IMG/VR virus record: IMGVR_UViG_3300020045_003677
Coordinates: 124,098-175,292 of that record
Source of the DNA: a virus
Taxonomy: Duplodnaviria > Heunggongvirae > Uroviricota > Caudoviricetes
Length of the DNA stretch: 51,195 nucleotides
Reading direction: 5' to 3' (one strand)
Below the pieces are notes generated by a model that did no database searches, was not told the DNA's origin, and worked only from the letters and a program-made list of their open reading frames with translations. The translations under genes were made by a program, and so were the position numbers. Positions 48,901 through 51,195 of this stretch are shown piece by piece; positions within the stretch are counted from its first letter, which is position 1, and every line of letters begins with the position of its first letter.

Positions 48901-51195
48901 GTGTTATTAGCACACACCATGGCTGAATTACCACGTTCTACTGGGAACTTAGACTGCATGTATAACTGAGATGCTTTAGCAGCATACCCCATAACTACTT
49001 GAGTCTTACCAGTTCCATATGCACCCGGAACAAATAGCATATTATTTTCACCAACTCTATAGCTAGGATAAGAGGCTATCTTCTGTTTCAGAAGATTCTT
49101 ACTGTTAGGAACAGTAGCAAATGAGAATGCTTCAAATGCAACAATCTCTTGCTCCATAGTTGGCATAATCAGCTCTTTACCAGATGCTTTTACATCAGCA
49201 ATTACTTGTTTAAAGTTGGTATGAAACTCATCTATATTAGAGTTCATGAATGCTACTATATCCATATCCCTAGCTAACTTATCTTTTGAGGTAAGTCTTC
49301 CCAGAATGTCTGCTTTAGCGTCGTCGCTTAATGCATACAGTGTACGTGCTACTTCAATGAAGTCATTATACAAATCTGCTACTGCTTTGTCATCCGTACT
49401 ATCTGCTGATGCGGCTTTAGTAGTAAGAGACATAACCTTCTTCTGAAGGTCGTTATCGTCAATGTCTTTAGTAAGTAGAGTGAGTCTAGCTGCTAGAGAT
49501 GAGTCACCCTTACCAATGTAAGTTTTGATTGAACCTTTAAACTTAGCTGCAACCTGCAATTCATTCTGACTCTCATCACCTAGTTTTATCAACTCATCTA
49601 GACCTGCGTCTATATCATCTAATTCGATCAGGTTAACATTTAGAGAAGCTAAAACTTTCTCCATTGCTTTACGCTGATTTAACTCTTCTGTAGATGGTGT
49701 TTGTTTGGATAGTATCTCAGTAAACTTGACTGGGTCTAACAACCAACCAGATACGAATTTAGAATACTTAGAGTATTTGGTATCTTTGATACTGGCATTG
49801 AACTCTTCAGGGCTAAGTGTTTTAGCATTGTATTTTCTAAGAGTAGATAGTACACTACCTATAGTCATTGCTTTAAGAGCGTAATTAGCCTTCCCAGTTT
49901 TAGGATCTGTTTGAACCGGTAATTGATTCATAGGATCTCCCAATCTGAATAGAAGTTCTAACTGTGCCTTTCTTGCTTGTACAACCTTCTGTAACGCAGC
50001 GGCTTCTTCGGTTGCGTCAAATAACCCATCAGCAGATTTTCTAGAATGGAGTTTCTTGAACTCATCCAACACACTGTTATTATTTGTTTCCACACCATCA
50101 CCGGCAGCAGAGAAGGTTTTCAAGAACATGTCAGCAAATTCACCAGGCTTATCTACAGATGATTCACTAGCACTTGCGTCTAGAAGAGACACTGTCTCAA
50201 AGTACTTAATAGACTCTGATTTCAGAGAGTTGGACATTGGGATTAACTCAGTCTTACTACCTATAGTACTGTCGTTATACACCATTGGTGCTTCCTCCAG
50301 CATTATTTCAGCAGGTAGTTTATCCCCATAATCAACATGCCCTTCTACATATAGATTGGACCAGTGAGTTTTAAGAGCTGTTTTGAATGTATCTAGGTCA
50401 CTAACCTGAGACGTTAAAATGTCATAGGCCCCTGTCTTTCCATCACGACTTAGGTAACTCTTTAGTACAGAAGATCTACCATATTGGTATAGATCCTTAG
50501 CATGTTTTTCTACAAACCCATCAACTAGTTCAGCTCTTTCAACAGTATTCTCTTCTGTACTAGCTATAGCTTCCAATTCGTCTTGTATTGACTGGTCCAA
50601 TAACGCTTCCGTAGAACTCTCTAGGTTTGCAGTTACTGCATATTCTTGTTCTACAAGATCAAATAGACCTCGTACGTCAGCATCTGAATAGCCACCAACC
50701 TGTTTACCGTCAACAACGTTACCTTCCGATACTATAGAGCGAACTGTAGATTTTAGTACTTCACGCTTTTCTGGGGAAATATAGAAAGGATTACCACTTT
50801 CATCAACTATGGTAGCTAAATTAGTAATATCATCCGATGTTTTAAGAGAGTCAACCATTGACTCGTACTCTTGTTTCTTAACTAGATATGCAGCGTGGTC
50901 TTTTTGTTGAGAATTAAACCTATCAATATCAGCAACTGTGATGGCATCTAATACACTACCTTCTACACTCTTGAACATAGGATCCGATAGAATACCAAAT
51001 GTCTTAGGGTCTGAAGCAACAATCATATCGATGTAGTCTCTCTCCACAGTTTTACCTGTAAGGATATCTTCCATCTCTTGTTCTTTATCCAACAGTCTTT
51101 TAGCAAACTCTGGGGTCTTACCCATTCTGTTTGCGTACTCTTTGATTTGATCTGAATAAGCTAGATTATCTTCTGGTAATAAATTAGCTGTCTCA
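42954..51195 (-). CDS. Giant putative virion-ejected protein with an SF1 helicase domain, 5'-truncated by the window edge
   Basis: GAYGTGKT (I), VFDEA (II), GDGSQ (III), TNFR (IV), AQGMES (V), GRAR (VI). The frame stays open from 51125 to the window end. Confidence 0.8.
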   Translation of the reverse strand, partial: ETANLLPEDNLAYSDQIKEYANRMGKTPEFAKRLLDKEQEMEDILTGKTVERDYIDMIVASDPKTFGILSDPMFKSVEGSVLDAITVADIDRFNSQQKDHAAYLVKKQEYESMVDSLKTSDDITNLATIVDESGNPFYISPEKREVLKSTVRSIVSEGNVVDGKQVGGYSDADVRGLFDLVEQEYAVTANLESSTEALLDQSIQDELEAIASTEENTVERAELVDGFVEKHAKDLYQYGRSSVLKSYLSRDGKTGAYDILTSQVSDLDTFKTALKTHWSNLYVEGHVDYGDKLPAEIMLEEAPMVYNDSTIGSKTELIPMSNSLKSESIKYFETVSLLDASASESSVDKPGEFADMFLKTFSAAGDGVETNNNSVLDEFKKLHSRKSADGLFDATEEAAALQKVVQARKAQLELLFRLGDPMNQLPVQTDPKTGKANYALKAMTIGSVLSTLRKYNAKTLSPEEFNASIKDTKYSKYSKFVSGWLLDPVKFTEILSKQTPSTEELNQRKAMEKVLASLNVNLIELDDIDAGLDELIKLGDESQNELQVAAKFKGSIKTYIGKGDSSLAARLTLLTKDIDDNDLQKKVMSLTTKAASADSTDDKAVADLYNDFIEVARTLYALSDDAKADILGRLTSKDKLARDMDIVAFMNSNIDEFHTNFKQVIADVKASGKELIMPTMEQEIVAFEAFSFATVPNSKNLLKQKIASYPSYRVGENNMLFVPGAYGTGKTQVVMGYAAKASQLYMQSKFPVERGNSAMVCANNTDQINKLHEAANTFGINTLGNGESYGFTKEDLFLMFKDPTVAMKKLEKVSLIVFDEATLIERYESGTEKSLFTLLAEGMNYINTERAKDPKLPMLSFIGLGDGSQGGFRAGDTSLSGTVIGSKDEAGTVLNISDPMSVILKTKPLTTNFRAFVTVIDSFAKAAKEVDQYGISKSLRSQKSKIRTHYGPIVDDSTGKMGGVQVVNTRGELYNGLAAELTKQLEDDPKFTVLIVDESIGSAQDLPADLQALVEKYPGAFKIENFKEESNVKVRSILGAQGMESSYVIVNLPENGWLPQINDPDSRQSFKYNLLSMLVGRARYYAKVRVDSNIDIASAEAQTPIFSIKHSTTQFMGAWTDFRVNLLGGIGKSTVVSPATEKVSNTDIQYEEGEIVSKMASDGTFEGQFKVEAISDTGDIIVSEVGDAEATPFDIGLNVHTTPNLGTILRRGESENPGNPANTLLTPPEVPSEVEDEYVAAYRKVSLRKGSKVTFNGKKATMLSPTTLSTEDDPETIVTIDRDSDLGKTVKVDRIEDTRVGATAKALKQESKKQAKKAPAAKPLQDPSLTPEDNLDAEILLSEVKDILKLDSFDYDQIQDYKKRITDAINSKAYKTKESLKKAVNALNNLDNLLMQDEDDMDLTEDQIDIVTNIADETFTMEGDKTGKVEAMKELESKGIVVGYTEIAKEFGSETYNHSLQSKLWNSQDNFWNGLSSTKISDTAELEELTRRASGMTKQSDMGKFSYSFVSHQYMQNKSVRDGHSIVATELSSGKRFVLSHFPTSTLEDGKFKTFVEERTRVLTEVADKYMADTKTTNPESYEFTQIPGSVLRQASAILLKRDKSNSIRGYNANKQIQLPIVMETAITKAFLSGNKILLGSTPGTLMRSSDAIMNVMSEMTDSSWSNDHLRELRDAKKALSVNTLVDKFTDLTKGLKIDDTNTNAVKATKVFTQFGGKHLVAKFGDLNIVLVKVTPGISIPYLTTDGRVFKPFFGLTAEGTPIFDEVNGSDEEIYSEVNAIRKSLESMTLDIKMGSAKTFDNESINILRSNIASVLGYSLPDIDNTYSRLETIRNATRGIKNITTKSFENVSITLNELKALTKHETDIDDEKGYTRNNNRKDLTFSAPLVFRQDVPGKKGAKTAGKIFVLYSSNGKYDLSDPSVVMGLENKIKEFATKSKDNSIEGAVASLRDGIGVLMLDYPHSTFSELANIYQNTPKEEFNRYAIPSNSAVNKRLIAFFTDIATAIKDVNRMDANNPSMGRDRTQFERIKELRKANTDEKGNVIRVLDDSKMEGFVKDLVSKYDANDPVITHFLSIIDTMTKDANMGNYKADLLTSAITEETPDVDMTRYHAYPASNLEPGTFKLVTSELSGKPVILNINKRPLIFIPSSVAKAAGHSSEFQPMKLNMESFFNLLLKNATPEVAQETLRLFDTLMLDHSIKGTLNLGIKVPPSMTKMGKTSSWGTLSGGIDLESRLTTPVKDIRSSALAFNLDNLIQSVEDAKKEQVVTKAVADTKEVDTILTQMDTIVDNLEKDIAANETPTEAWLKQKGTQAVNAVNTLKASGSKNKSTKVLKTIETRYNEVLDKIKGIINRFSTPKVVSFEDIRNGNFPRPNSEIVAKIKEDNPILDLSIFDEVASISDQRYLKDTINALRELASKVKPKKLLDKYIDPIVAAYTKNAGVVGTTDDIRNIVQAHKEGKITIPAPKLSTEQTIESLHKFTSPEVINPYNKTELLRAYVIGTDEQKSELEPYLFGKKDNLNRAEVIAYAMYDALVSYPIPLESAPMLELKAANPDLYNNLMENENVKNAIANLTFSTQTAQEWVEEFSRDIDFIVSQELDTTTKTQALNALQITLSGWQSVFPGNMYNEMEQKFKEARKAIDTVDTTGKGANLSSAILASTGFANLSEDVKAEYTKILTKVQGEVGDRLEAVTQVLRGEKKYAEVSDKFSDESALIASSAFVHAGSNFEGFMDVVDALFTSMC

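Noticed and set aside
28294-50331. Many 60-140 aa plus-strand ORFs opposite the giant genes
   Set aside because: Antisense shadows caused by codon bias, with no recognisable domains or expression signals.
1-51195. Stop-codon reassignment as seen in some crAss-like phages
   Set aside because: Multi-kilobase ORFs are open in code 11, and TAG (7085, 10087, 16813) and TGA both end genes at coupled junctions.
1-51195. tRNA genes, CRISPR arrays, DGR or retron elements
   Set aside because: No intergenic gap shows a cloverleaf or repeat-spacer periodicity, and no reverse-transcriptase motif was seen.

Overview
A 51 kb segment of a large lytic dsDNA phage, most likely crAss-like (Crassvirales or a relative) infecting a Bacteroidota host. 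It uses the standard genetic code. Two convergent blocks meet at a bidirectional terminator near 26.36 kb. The + block (1-26353) covers replication, nucleotide metabolism and host takeover: DNA ligase, GroEL-like chaperonin, class II RNR, a Tad2-like (DUF2829) protein, dUTPase, dNMP kinase, ThyX with a free-standing GIY-YIG nuclease, MazG-like protein, an RNA-repair cluster, uracil-DNA glycosylase split by a group I intron carrying a LAGLIDADG gene, KilA-N, an RlaP-like nucleotidyltransferase and a small HSP. The - block holds three giant putative virion-ejected proteins (SF1 helicase-containing, RNA polymerase plus zincin, RecB-like nuclease plus hydrophobic tail) followed by a ferritin. The most notable observations are: (1) the three giants are nearly cysteine-free except for Cys at exactly the termini facing each other in gene order, suggesting a head-to-tail covalent ejection chain; (2) a 7-nt stop-containing insert in the Walker A of the polynucleotide kinase with matched Pro codons (CCG-TAA-T-CCA), a candidate ribosomal hop; (3) a group I intron in the catalytic GQD|PYH motif of ung with its endonuclease gene in loop L1; (4) a recurrent CTATAAT promoter-like motif. 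All family assignments come from motif recognition by eye, not from database searches.
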